Shown piece by piece: positions 8,671 to 17,449 of a DNA stretch of 64,000 nucleotides. This DNA is from Thermoflexales bacterium. Lineage in GTDB: Bacteria; Chloroflexota; Anaerolineae; Fen-1058. Position 1 is the first letter of the stretch. Each line of letters begins with the position of its first letter. A program made the translations under genes and the position numbers. Below the pieces are notes generated by a model. It saw nothing but the letters and a program-made list of their open reading frames with translations. It searched no databases and was not told where the DNA came from. Where the stretch lies: positions 2,165-66,164 of the forward strand of contig JBGSMF010000263.1 in the NCBI GenBank assembly GCA_041740315.1. The letters run 5' to 3'.

Positions 8671-10176
8671 ATGAGACTGGGTCAGCTTGTCGGTGCCTTG
8701 CCGCGCGCCGCTGTTGCGGGCAGCAGCGACGCCGAAATCACACACATCACCAGCGATTCACGCCAGGTAAAACCGGGGGCGTTATTTGTGGCTTATACTG
8801 GCGTGGGCGTGGATGGGCATGGCTTTATCGGCGACGCGGTGGGCCGAGGCGCGGCGGCTGTCGTGGGCCAGGTGGATGGCCTGGCTTGTGCTGTCCCTTA
8901 CATCCGGGTGCCCGATGGACGCGAGGCGCTGGCTTTTCTTTCGGCTGCCTGGCATGGTTTCCCGGCTCGCAAGCTGGTGATGATTGGCGTGACCGGCACC
9001 GACGGCAAAACGACGACGACGAACCTCATTCACAACATCCTTACGGCGGCGGGCATCAATGCCGGAATGATCAGCACTGTTAATGCCGTCATCGGTGGGC
9101 AGGCGTATGACACGGGCTTGCACACCACCACGCCCGACGCGCCCGATGTGCAAAAATACATGGCCCAGATGGTGCAGGCTGGGCAAACTCATTGTGTCTT
9201 GGAAGCCACCTCTGAGGGGCTGGCGCAGCGCCGCGTAGATGCCTGCGATTTTGACGTGGCGCTTGTCACCAATATCACTCACGAGCACTTGTACTTTCAC
9301 GGCACGCGCGAGGCCTATCGCGCTGCCAAAGGCAGATTGTTTGAGGCGTTATCCACGTCTTTTCACAAGGGGCCACCCAAGGTGGCGGTGCTCAATGCCG
9401 ATGATGCTTTTTCGTATGATTACCTGCGAGCGATGCCGGTTGATGCGCGCCTGACCTATAGCTTGAGCGGCCCGGCCGATATCGTTGCCCGCGAGCTGCG
9501 CTATGCCCCCCAGGCTACGCGTTTCTCGGTTGGCGCAATGGGTGAATGGTTCCCGGTGGAAACATCGCTAGTGGGGGCGTTTAATGTGGCCAATATTTTG
9601 GCGGCGGTTGGCGCGGCGGTGGCGATCAACACTATTTCTACCGAGGCGATTCAGCGCGGAATTGCTGCGCTGAAAGGCATTCCGGGGCGCATGGAGCGGA
9701 TTGATGAAGGGCAGGCTTTTCTGGCCCTGGTAGATTTTGCCCACACGCCGAATGCGCTGGAAAAGGCGCTGGAAACTGCGCGGCAAATGACAACCGGGCA
9801 GGTCATTGTGGTTTTTGGCGCGGCCGGCTTGCGCGATGTGCAAAAACGCGGCATGATGGGCCACGTGGCGGGCCGGCTGGCAGACAAGATTGTCATCACC
9901 GCCGAAGACCCGCGCACCGAATCGCTTGATGATATTATGGCAGCCGTAGCCCAGGGTTGCCTGGCGCAAGGCCGCCGCGAAGGAAGCGATTTCTGGCGCA
10001 TTGGCGATCGGGCCGAGGCCATTCGCTTTGCCGCAAGGCTGGCCCAGCCAGATGACGTGGTCATGGCCTGCGGCAAGGGACACGAGCAATCCATGTGCTT
10101 TGGCGCTACCGAGTACCCGTGGGATGATCGTCAGGCAATGCGAGAGGCGTTAAGAGGGATGAAGGATAAGGGATGA
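8671..10176 (+). CDS. murE: UDP-N-acetylmuramyl-tripeptide synthetase
   Basis: DSRQV, GVTGTDGKTTT, HTTTPD, TNITHEHL, PGRME, VDFAHTP, EDPR, GKGHE. Confidence 0.95.
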   Translation: MRLGQLVGALPRAAVAGSSDAEITHITSDSRQVKPGALFVAYTGVGVDGHGFIGDAVGRGAAAVVGQVDGLACAVPYIRVPDGREALAFLSAAWHGFPARKLVMIGVTGTDGKTTTTNLIHNILTAAGINAGMISTVNAVIGGQAYDTGLHTTTPDAPDVQKYMAQMVQAGQTHCVLEATSEGLAQRRVDACDFDVALVTNITHEHLYFHGTREAYRAAKGRLFEALSTSFHKGPPKVAVLNADDAFSYDYLRAMPVDARLTYSLSGPADIVARELRYAPQATRFSVGAMGEWFPVETSLVGAFNVANILAAVGAAVAINTISTEAIQRGIAALKGIPGRMERIDEGQAFLALVDFAHTPNALEKALETARQMTTGQVIVVFGAAGLRDVQKRGMMGHVAGRLADKIVITAEDPRTESLDDIMAAVAQGCLAQGRREGSDFWRIGDRAEAIRFAARLAQPDDVVMACGKGHEQSMCFGATEYPWDDRQAMREALRGMKDKG

Positions 10177-10242
10177 GGGATGAAGGATAAAAACACTAGC
10201 AATTTTCATCCTTTTGCCTTCATCCTTCATCCTTCATCCTTG
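10152..10242. repeat. Inverted pair of heptamer tandem arrays (GGATGAA)n / (TTCATCC)n
   Basis: GGGATGAAGGATAAGGGATGAGGGATGAAGGATAA then TTCATCCTTTTGCCTTCATCCTTCATCCTTCATCCTT across the murE stop. Confidence 0.9.
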
Positions 10243-10250
10243 AAACTGCT

Positions 10251-11171
10251 ATGCTTGACCTTGCTATTGTAATCGTCAACTATAATACCTGTGATTTACT
10301 GCGCGATTGCCTGCGCTCGGTTTATGCCAGCCAGGGCGTGACGTTTCAGGTGTGCGTGGTAGATAATGCTTCGCCTGATAAAAGCGGAGCAGATATGGTT
10401 GCCAGCGAATTTCGCCAGGTGGGCCTGCTTTGCAGCCCGGTCAATGGCGGCTATTCGTATGCCAACAACCTGGGTCTGAGGACGTGGGGGTGGGAGGGAC
10501 GACAAGGCAAGGAAACACCGCGTTATGCGCTTTTGTTGAATTCTGATACGGTGATTCCCCCCGATGCGTTGACGCAGATGGTGTCGTTCATGGACGGCCA
10601 GCCCCATGCCGGCGCGGTAGGCCCCAAGCTGGTTTTGCTTGATGGCAGTCTAGACCTGGCCTGCCGACGCAGTTTCCCTTCGCCGGCTGTATCGCTTTAT
10701 CGCCTGGTTGGCTTGAGCAAATTGTTCCCCCATAGCCCTCGTTTTGCCCGCTATAATCTTACCTATCTGGATCCAAACGTGTTGACCGAAGTGGATAGCG
10801 TCAACGGCGCTTTTATGATGGTGCGCCGAGAGGTGGTTGAGCAGGTGGGCCTGCTGGATGAAGCCTTTTTCTTTGGCGGCGAAGACCTGGATTGGGCCTA
10901 TCGCATCAAGGCAGCCGGTTGGAAGATTTATTACAACCCGGCTGTGGTCGTTCGGCATGTCAAGCGGGCCTCGTTCCGCCAAAATCCTCAGGCCAAGTAT
11001 GAATTTGAGCGCGCCATGTGGATTTTTTATCGTAAACATTATCAGGCTTCCACCCCCCGCTTCCTCGATCTGGTCATTCGTCTGGGCTTGGTGCTGCGCG
11101 GCGGCGCGCGGCTGGCGCGCGAGATGGGGGCTCAAAACTCGGTTGGGCAAGCTTTTGGAGTTGGCGCATGA
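10251..11171 (+). CDS. GT2 family glycosyltransferase (WbbL/rhamnosyltransferase-like)
   Basis: IVIVNYN, VVDNAS, NGGYSYANN, LLLNSD, GAFMMVRR, EDLDWAYR. Confidence 0.9.
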   Translation: MLDLAIVIVNYNTCDLLRDCLRSVYASQGVTFQVCVVDNASPDKSGADMVASEFRQVGLLCSPVNGGYSYANNLGLRTWGWEGRQGKETPRYALLLNSDTVIPPDALTQMVSFMDGQPHAGAVGPKLVLLDGSLDLACRRSFPSPAVSLYRLVGLSKLFPHSPRFARYNLTYLDPNVLTEVDSVNGAFMMVRREVVEQVGLLDEAFFFGGEDLDWAYRIKAAGWKIYYNPAVVVRHVKRASFRQNPQAKYEFERAMWIFYRKHYQASTPRFLDLVIRLGLVLRGGARLAREMGAQNSVGQAFGVGA

Positions 11172-12586
11172 GCAAGAACCAGGTGCGAGTTTTGTTTGCG
11201 GCGGGCTTGGTGTTGAGCGATGTGCTGATGACCGCCGGCGCGTTTGTTTTGGCTTATTATGTGCGCGTGTGGTTGCCCTGGCCCAACCCGGCAATCAATT
11301 TGCTGCCGCTGCGTGATTATGTTGGGATGATGATGATTCAGGTGATGACCATATTTGTCGTGTTCTTTTTTTATCGCCTGTATCACCAGGTGCGCGCCGT
11401 TTCGCGCGTGGACGAGTTTTACTCAACCTTTGGGGCGGTTTCAATTGGCATCATGCTGTCTGTGGCTGTAACGTCGCTGCTGTTCAAAAACAGCGTTTTA
11501 GATATGGATTTTTCGCGGGCCATGATTATTTACGCCTGGGTGTTGACGTTGATGCTGGTCACCTTGGGGCGCATGGTGTACCACATTCTGCGCAACCGCG
11601 CCCAGGCGCGCGGTCTGGGCCGCGACCGGGTCATGATTGTGGGCACGGGCGATGTGGGCCAGATGATTTTGCAAAAGATTCGCTCTGCGCCGCCATTAGG
11701 CTACGAAGTGGTTGGCTTTGTCACCCGCAATGGAGCCGCCGCGCCGAAAAATGTGCTGGATGTGCCGGTCTTGGGGGGAGTGGATGATTTGGTGAGCCTG
11801 ATTGATGAGTATAGCATCAATGAGGTAATCATCGCTTTGCCCGAAGCCAGCCACCAAGAGATATTGAGTGTGATTGCCCGCTGCGACCGCAGCACCATCA
11901 GCATCAAGGTGTTTCCAGACGTGTTTCAGTTCATCGCCGGGCAAGTAGGCATAGATGATTTGGGCGGGTTGCCCTTGCTATCGGTGCGCGATGTGGCGAT
12001 GCGCGGGTGGAAGCTCACTCTCAAGCGCGCTATGGATGTTGTTGGCAGCGTGGCGGGGCTGATATTCCTGTCGCCGTTCTTGCTGCTGACGGCGCTGCTC
12101 ATCAAGTTGGAATCGCCCGGCCCGGTCTTTTATGCTCAAGAGCGCATGGGGCTAGACGCCAAGCCGTTTATGATAGTCAAGTTCCGCTCGATGCGCCAGG
12201 ATGCCGAGCGAAACGGCCCCGGTTGGACCACCGCCAACGATCCCCGCCGCACCCGGCTGGGCGCGCTGCTGCGCAAGCTCAATATAGACGAGTTGCCGCA
12301 GTTTATCAATGTCTTGGTGGGCGAGATGAGCCTGGTGGGGCCGCGCCCAGAGCGGCCCGTGTATGTAGAACAGTTCAAGAAAAACATCCCCCGCTACATG
12401 GATCGCCACCGCGAAAAGGCCGGCATGACCGGCTGGGCGCAGGTCAATGGCCTGCGCGGCGACACTTCGATTGCCGAGCGCACCAAGTATGACCTGTGGT
12501 ATATCGAGAATTGGTCGTTACTGCTCGACATTAAAATTATCATCCGCACCGCCGTCCGGGTGTTCATTGACAAGAATGCCTATTGA
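11168..12586 (+). CDS. wcaJ: Undecaprenyl-phosphate sugar phosphotransferase (WcaJ-like)
   Basis: 4 TM, Rossmann-like IVGTG domain, KRAMD, KFRSM, DELPQFINVLVGEMSLVGPRPERP, GMTGWAQVNG. Confidence 0.9.
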   Translation: MSKNQVRVLFAAGLVLSDVLMTAGAFVLAYYVRVWLPWPNPAINLLPLRDYVGMMMIQVMTIFVVFFFYRLYHQVRAVSRVDEFYSTFGAVSIGIMLSVAVTSLLFKNSVLDMDFSRAMIIYAWVLTLMLVTLGRMVYHILRNRAQARGLGRDRVMIVGTGDVGQMILQKIRSAPPLGYEVVGFVTRNGAAAPKNVLDVPVLGGVDDLVSLIDEYSINEVIIALPEASHQEILSVIARCDRSTISIKVFPDVFQFIAGQVGIDDLGGLPLLSVRDVAMRGWKLTLKRAMDVVGSVAGLIFLSPFLLLTALLIKLESPGPVFYAQERMGLDAKPFMIVKFRSMRQDAERNGPGWTTANDPRRTRLGALLRKLNIDELPQFINVLVGEMSLVGPRPERPVYVEQFKKNIPRYMDRHREKAGMTGWAQVNGLRGDTSIAERTKYDLWYIENWSLLLDIKIIIRTAVRVFIDKNAY

Positions 12587-12611
12587 CATTCGCTTTAGCG
12601 GATGTTATACT
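12583..12611 (+). promoter_or_regulatory. Sigma70-type promoter
   Basis: TTGACA-17 bp-TATACT with TG extension, just upstream of the riboswitch. Confidence 0.8.
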
Positions 12612-12647
12612 TGGCGGTGTAATTTATCTAATCACCAATCCTAACAA

Positions 12648-12745
12648 GTGAATGGGGAGCTTGGGGAGCCAGGCTGAGAGGGCGCTTGTGATCCAGCGCC
12701 GACCCCTAGACCTGATCCGGGTAATGCCGGCGTAGGGAAACGCAA
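12648..12745 (+). promoter_or_regulatory. TPP riboswitch (THI element)
   Basis: GGGGAGC...GCTGAGA...GACCC.TAGACCTGATCCGGGTAATGCCGGCGTAGGGAA; upstream of thiN-thiB. Confidence 0.93.
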
Positions 12746-12753
12746 CAAGCTGT

Positions 12754-12786
12754 GCCACCCCTTGCCGGGGTGGTTTTGTTTTATTA
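12754..12786 (+). terminator. Intrinsic terminator (riboswitch expression platform)
   Basis: GCCACCCC-TTGCC-GGGGTGGT hairpin followed by TTTGTTTTATT. Confidence 0.8.
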
Positions 12787-12884
12787 ATGCTTGTATAGCC
12801 AAAGGAACATTCTAGTTCAGAATCATATGCAAAATTTCCTCACGTGTTCCTTTACATGCCCAAAGGGCAGTATGAGGTGTAGCA

Positions 12885-13526
12885 GTGCGCACAGTCATTA
12901 TTGCTAATGGTGAATGTCCCACCAGCAGAGTGGTTCAGAGCTGGCTGAGGGCAGGCGACCGTTTGATTTGCGCCGATGGCGGCGCGCGTCACGCGTTGGC
13001 CTTGGGCTTGCGCCCCGCCCTAGTGGTGGGCGATTTGGATAGCCTGGATGAAATTGCCCAGGCGCAGCTAAGGGCGCTTGGGGCGCGTTTTGTTGTCTAT
13101 CCTTCGGCCAAAGACGAGACCGATCTGGAACTGGCGTTGCTGCTGGCGGTGCAAGAAGGAGCCACCGAGATTGTGGTGATGGGCGGTTTTGGCGGACGGC
13201 TGGATCAAACAATTGCCAATGTGTTGTTGCTTACTCTGCCTCAGCTAGAGAGTGTCTCGGCTCGTCTGGTGGATGGCTCGCAGCAGGCTTTTCTAGTTCG
13301 CGCCGAGGCAGAAATTCAAGGCCAGCCCGGTGATACGCTGTCGCTTATCCCGTTGGGTGGGGATGCTCAAGTTTGCACGGAGGGGTTATTATATCCGCTG
13401 CGCGGCGAAACGCTGCTCTTTGGCCCGGCGCGCGGCGTCAGCAATGTATTGACAGCGCCGCTGGCGCGCATATCTTTGCGGCAGGGTATGGTGCTGGCCA
13501 TCCATACCAGCGCAAACAAATCCTAG
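12885..13526 (+). CDS. thiN: Thiamine diphosphokinase
   Basis: IIANG, ICADGGA, VGDLDS, KDETDLELAL, GGRLDQ, GLLYPL, GVSN. Confidence 0.93.
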   Translation: MRTVIIANGECPTSRVVQSWLRAGDRLICADGGARHALALGLRPALVVGDLDSLDEIAQAQLRALGARFVVYPSAKDETDLELALLLAVQEGATEIVVMGGFGGRLDQTIANVLLLTLPQLESVSARLVDGSQQAFLVRAEAEIQGQPGDTLSLIPLGGDAQVCTEGLLYPLRGETLLFGPARGVSNVLTAPLARISLRQGMVLAIHTSANKS

Positions 13527-13570
13527 GGCAACCTCCTGCCGTAACCAAATCCGTCCACGAAGGTCACCAA

Positions 13571-13631
13571 CCTGTCTGTCTACCTGGCGGCTTGTCTGTC
13601 TACCTGGCGGCAGACAGGCCGCCAGGCAGAG
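13571..13631. repeat. 20-bp tandem repeat with palindromic end
   Basis: C(C/T)TGTCTGTCTACCTGGCGG x2 followed by CAGACAGG and CCGCCAGG. Confidence 0.8.
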
Positions 13632-13655
13632 TAACACGAAGCAAAAACATATGCC

Positions 13656-13752
13656 CTAGGAGCTTGTCGGAGAGGGCCGTTCGTAGTGCGCGCTTTAGCG
13701 CGCTGAAGCGCGCACTACGAGCCTACCAGCTCGCTCTCCGACAGCCTGCTAG
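13656..13752. mobile_element. MITE-like element (CTAG-flanked TIRs) enclosing a GTAG...CTAC palindrome
   Basis: Right end CTCTCCGACAGCCTG-CTAG is the exact reverse complement of the left end of the 8262 element; interior GTAGTGCGCGCTTTAGCGCGCTGAAGCGCGCACTAC. Confidence 0.75.
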
Positions 13753-13803
13753 TGTTCCTTCGTGTCCTTGGTGGATAAAAAAACCTTATAAAGGGAGGCT
13801 AGA

Positions 13804-14841
13804 ATGAAAAAGCAATGGTTGTATGGTTTGTTAATCGTCTTGGTAGCGTCTATGGCGGCTGTGGCGTGCGCGCCGCCCGGCCCGCGCGCGTTGACCGTGA
13901 TGACGCACGATAGTTTCGATGTCAGCGAGGCTGTGGTGGCCGAGTTCGAGCAGTCCAACAATGTCAAGTTGAATTTTCTAAAGTCAGGTGATGCCGGCTC
14001 TGCGCTCAATAAAGCCATTTTGAGCAAGGGCAACCCGCTGGCCGATGTGTTCTTTGGCGTTGATAACACCTTTATGGGCCGGGCGCTAGAAGCGGATATC
14101 TTTGAAGCCTCTACCTCGCCCGCAAGTGTTCCTGAAAACCTCATGGCCTATACCCAGGGCAAGCTGACGCCAGTAGATTATGGTGACGTGTGCCTGAATT
14201 ATGACAAGGCCTACTTTAAAAGTATTGCCCCGCCGCAATCGCTAGATGACCTTCTCAAGCCGGAATACAAGGGCCTGCTGGTTGTGGAAAACCCCGCCAC
14301 CTCTTCGCCGGGTTTGGCCTTTTTGTTTGCTACGATTGCCCAATTTGGCGACCCGGGCTATCTAGAGTTTTGGAAAGCTCTGCGCGCCAACGATGTCAAG
14401 GTGGTAGATGGTTGGGAAACGGCCTACTATACCGATTTTAGCGGATCATCTGGCAAAGGCCCGCGCCCGATAGTGGTGAGCTATGCTTCCAGCCCGCCTT
14501 TTGAAGTGTACTTTAGCGAGGGCAAATTGACCGAGCCGCCCACCGGCGTAGTGGTTGGACCCGGCGCGTGCTTTAGGCAAATTGAATACGTGGGGGTTTT
14601 AAAAGGCGCCAAAAATCGGGACCTGGCCTTCAAGTTTGTTGATTATATGCTGGGAGTGCGCTTTCAAGAGGATATTCCGCTCAAGATGTTCATGTACCCG
14701 GCTAATCCATCGGCTCAGTTGCCAGAGGTGTTTATCCAGTTTGCCGTCAAGCCGCTTGCCCCGGCCACGCTTGATCCTGAGATGATTCAAAAGAACCGTG
14801 AGGTGTGGCTTGAGAGGTGGATCGAAGCTGTTTTGCGATAG
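13804..14841 (+). CDS. thiB: Thiamine ABC transporter substrate-binding lipoprotein
   Basis: Lipobox-like VAC, VMTHDSF, ADVFFGVDNT, PVDYG, NPATSSPGLAF, VVSYASSP, CFRQIEY. Confidence 0.92.
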   Translation: MKKQWLYGLLIVLVASMAAVACAPPGPRALTVMTHDSFDVSEAVVAEFEQSNNVKLNFLKSGDAGSALNKAILSKGNPLADVFFGVDNTFMGRALEADIFEASTSPASVPENLMAYTQGKLTPVDYGDVCLNYDKAYFKSIAPPQSLDDLLKPEYKGLLVVENPATSSPGLAFLFATIAQFGDPGYLEFWKALRANDVKVVDGWETAYYTDFSGSSGKGPRPIVVSYASSPPFEVYFSEGKLTEPPTGVVVGPGACFRQIEYVGVLKGAKNRDLAFKFVDYMLGVRFQEDIPLKMFMYPANPSAQLPEVFIQFAVKPLAPATLDPEMIQKNREVWLERWIEAVLR

Positions 14842-14877
14842 ACCCCGCCAGCCCCCCGGCTTGAATTATCTAAGCTT

Positions 14878-14903
14878 GTAGAACGGCATCCCTATGCCGT
14901 TCG
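14878..14903 (+). repeat. REP-like palindrome
   Basis: GTAGAACGGCAT-CCCT-ATGCCGTTCG. Confidence 0.75.
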
Positions 14904-15114
14904 GAGCTTGGAGTTTCCTGGTGACAGGGCTGTTTTTAAAAGCAGGCGGCCTGTATTCTAGGGCGCTCTGTGTTATAATAGACCTCAAGGCGCGCGGCAC
15001 TTGCCAAGTACCGCGCGCCTGATATTTCTGAAAGGCAAAGTCACAGTCAGACTTGCGTGCCTCTACAGCGATTAAAATCGCTACTGCAAACTGACGCGCT
15101 CTAATGCAAAAAAG

Positions 15115-15909
15115 ATGGCCAAGATTCTTTACCCTACCCAGTTGACCGAGGCTGTGCAGCTTTTGCGCCGTCCCGGCAAGTCGGCTTTCTTGGCCGGCGG
15201 CACCACGTTGACGCCTGAACAGCGCGACAAGCTGGATGTGGTGGTCGGCTTGCGTGATTTGAAGCTAGATTACATTCGCAGCGATGCCAGTTCGCTGCAT
15301 ATTGGCGCACTGATGCCATTGCAGGCGCTCATCGAGGCCGGCGAGTGCCGGGGCGCGTTGGCAAGCGCCTTGCAAGATGTTGCCTCGCCTGATCTCAAAC
15401 TGGCAACTATGGGGGGCACGCTGGTCACGGCAGACGCCAGCAATCCCCTGGCGGTCGTGTTGCTGGTGTTGGATGCTGTCTTGACAGTTTACACCCCCGA
15501 GGCTCGCCAGTTGCCCCTGGATAGCTTTATCAATTATCGCGAGCGGCTGACCCAAGATGGCGCATTGATAACCCAGGTGAGCCTGCCGCTTCGACGGCTG
15601 ATTGCCCGCGCGGCGTATGTCAAGATCGTTGGCGCGTCAGGTGGCGCCCCACTGATATGCGCGTCAGCCTCGGCGCGGCCTGGCATTGGAAAATTTACCG
15701 ACGCGCGAGTGGCGGTGGGTGGAGTTGCTCCTACGGCGGTTCGTTTGTTGCAGGTAGAGCAGTGGCTGGAGGGCAAACCTCTGACCGATGAATTGATTGA
15801 ACAGGCCGGCGAACTGGCCGCATCTAGCGCGGTCCAGACTGGTTCGTCAGAGCATCACCGCGAATCAGTCAGGCAGTTGGTGCGGCAAATGTTGTGCGCC
15901 TTGCGTTGA
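15115..15909 (+). CDS. Molybdopterin dehydrogenase FAD-binding subunit (CoxM/YgfM-like)
   Basis: FLAGGT, LHIGA, ATMGG, ARVAVGGVAP; 264 aa. Confidence 0.8.
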   Translation: MAKILYPTQLTEAVQLLRRPGKSAFLAGGTTLTPEQRDKLDVVVGLRDLKLDYIRSDASSLHIGALMPLQALIEAGECRGALASALQDVASPDLKLATMGGTLVTADASNPLAVVLLVLDAVLTVYTPEARQLPLDSFINYRERLTQDGALITQVSLPLRRLIARAAYVKIVGASGGAPLICASASARPGIGKFTDARVAVGGVAPTAVRLLQVEQWLEGKPLTDELIEQAGELAASSAVQTGSSEHHRESVRQLVRQMLCALR

Positions 15910-15924
15910 AAAATAGGGGATTAT

Positions 15925-17310
15925 ATGATGCTGCAACATATTTCTGGAATGGATGACGAGAATACCCCCATTTATGTCATAGGTCACCGCAACCCCGATA
16001 CCGATACAGTGATGTCGGCCATCGGCTATGCCTGGTTGCTTCGCGAGCGTGACAAACTGAATGTGGTCGCCGCGCGCGCCGGTCAGGTGAATGCGCAGAC
16101 CGAGTTTGCCCTGGGCAAGTTTGATCTAGAGTTGCCGATGCTGCTCTCTGATGCCTCTACGCGCTTTGGCCTGGTGGCGCGCAAGATTGAGGGACTAGCG
16201 CCTCAGCGGCCTTTACGCGATGCCTGGGCGCTCATTGTGCACACTGGTCGGGTAGCGCCTGTGGTAGGGCCTGACGGCGCGCCGCTGGGACTGGTAACGG
16301 GTGTGAGCGTGTTTAAACACCTCACCCATCACCTGGGTGATACCCTGGCTACCAATCAGACGCTGGCCGATTTGCCTTTTGGGCGGGTGTTGGATATGCC
16401 GTGCGGCGATGCGGCAGATGCAAATGTGCCGCGCTTTGAAGCCGATGAGCGGGTGAGCGATGTGCTGCCGCGCCTGTTGCGCGAGGAGCGATTTGATTAT
16501 GTGGTGACGAATCATGGTCGTTACCTGGGTGTGTGCCACAAATCGGACCTGCTGCACCCCCCTCGCCTAAAGCTGATCTTGATTGATCACAATGAAGTGG
16601 GGCAGGCCATCGGCGGCCTGGCGGAAGCAGAGTTGCTAGAAGTGCTGGATCATCACCGCTTGGCCAACCCACCCACGCACATGCCCATTGCTTTTCACGT
16701 AGACCCCGTGGGCAGCTCGTCTACACTGGTGGCCGAACGCGCCATGCGCACCGGGCTGGTGCCGCCGTGTTCGGTAGCCGGGGCTTTGCTTTCGGGCTTG
16801 CTTTCTGATACGCTGGTTTTGCGTTCGCCTACCACCACCGACCGTGACCGCGTGGCGGCGGTGCAACTGGCTTCGTGGGCGTTTGCAGGCCAAGGCGACC
16901 CTTACCAGGCAATGCAAGCTTATGGATGGGAACTGCTGCAAGCGGGCGTCAGTTCAGAGACGCGCACGCCAGATGAAATGGTAAGCGGCGATTACAAAGA
17001 GTACGAGGCCATTGGGCTGCGCTTTGGCGTGGCGCAGATTGAGGTGACCGACATGATAGAGATCGGCAGCCGGCTTGACGAGCTTTGCCAATCGCTGCGC
17101 GACCTATGCGCCAGGCGTGGGTTGAGCTTTGCCGCGCTCATGGTGACCGATATCGTCATGGGCAATAGCCGCTTGATTTACTATGATGAGGCGCATCATT
17201 TGAGCGGCTTGCCTTTTGCCAGGCGTCCCGACAATACCCTGGATTTGCCCGGCGTGGTTTCTCGCAAAAAACAATTGCTGCCCGCCATTTTGGGGGCGTT
17301 GCAGGGATAA
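15925..17310 (+). CDS. ppaC: Mn-dependent inorganic pyrophosphatase (family II, DHH/DHHA2, CBS-like insert)
   Basis: GHRNPDTD, LIDHNE, LDHH, PVGSSST, LLSDTL..SPTTT, GVVSRKKQ. Confidence 0.9.
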   Translation: MMLQHISGMDDENTPIYVIGHRNPDTDTVMSAIGYAWLLRERDKLNVVAARAGQVNAQTEFALGKFDLELPMLLSDASTRFGLVARKIEGLAPQRPLRDAWALIVHTGRVAPVVGPDGAPLGLVTGVSVFKHLTHHLGDTLATNQTLADLPFGRVLDMPCGDAADANVPRFEADERVSDVLPRLLREERFDYVVTNHGRYLGVCHKSDLLHPPRLKLILIDHNEVGQAIGGLAEAELLEVLDHHRLANPPTHMPIAFHVDPVGSSSTLVAERAMRTGLVPPCSVAGALLSGLLSDTLVLRSPTTTDRDRVAAVQLASWAFAGQGDPYQAMQAYGWELLQAGVSSETRTPDEMVSGDYKEYEAIGLRFGVAQIEVTDMIEIGSRLDELCQSLRDLCARRGLSFAALMVTDIVMGNSRLIYYDEAHHLSGLPFARRPDNTLDLPGVVSRKKQLLPAILGALQG

Positions 17311-17449
17311 TTTGGCCTAAATCTAAAAGTGAGTTAGAATAAGACAAGTAGGGTGCCAAAATAAAGTTGACATTTACAGGCCGATTTTGCGCCTAAAACG
17401 CCCTACTTTGCTTTGCGGGCAAGCCATTTGGTTAGAGGCGAGGGATACG

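Noticed and set aside
13545-13785. Possible CRISPR array (also 22054-22118 and 34992-35152)
   Set aside because: Repeats are directly tandem or nested with no unique spacers, and there are no cas genes.
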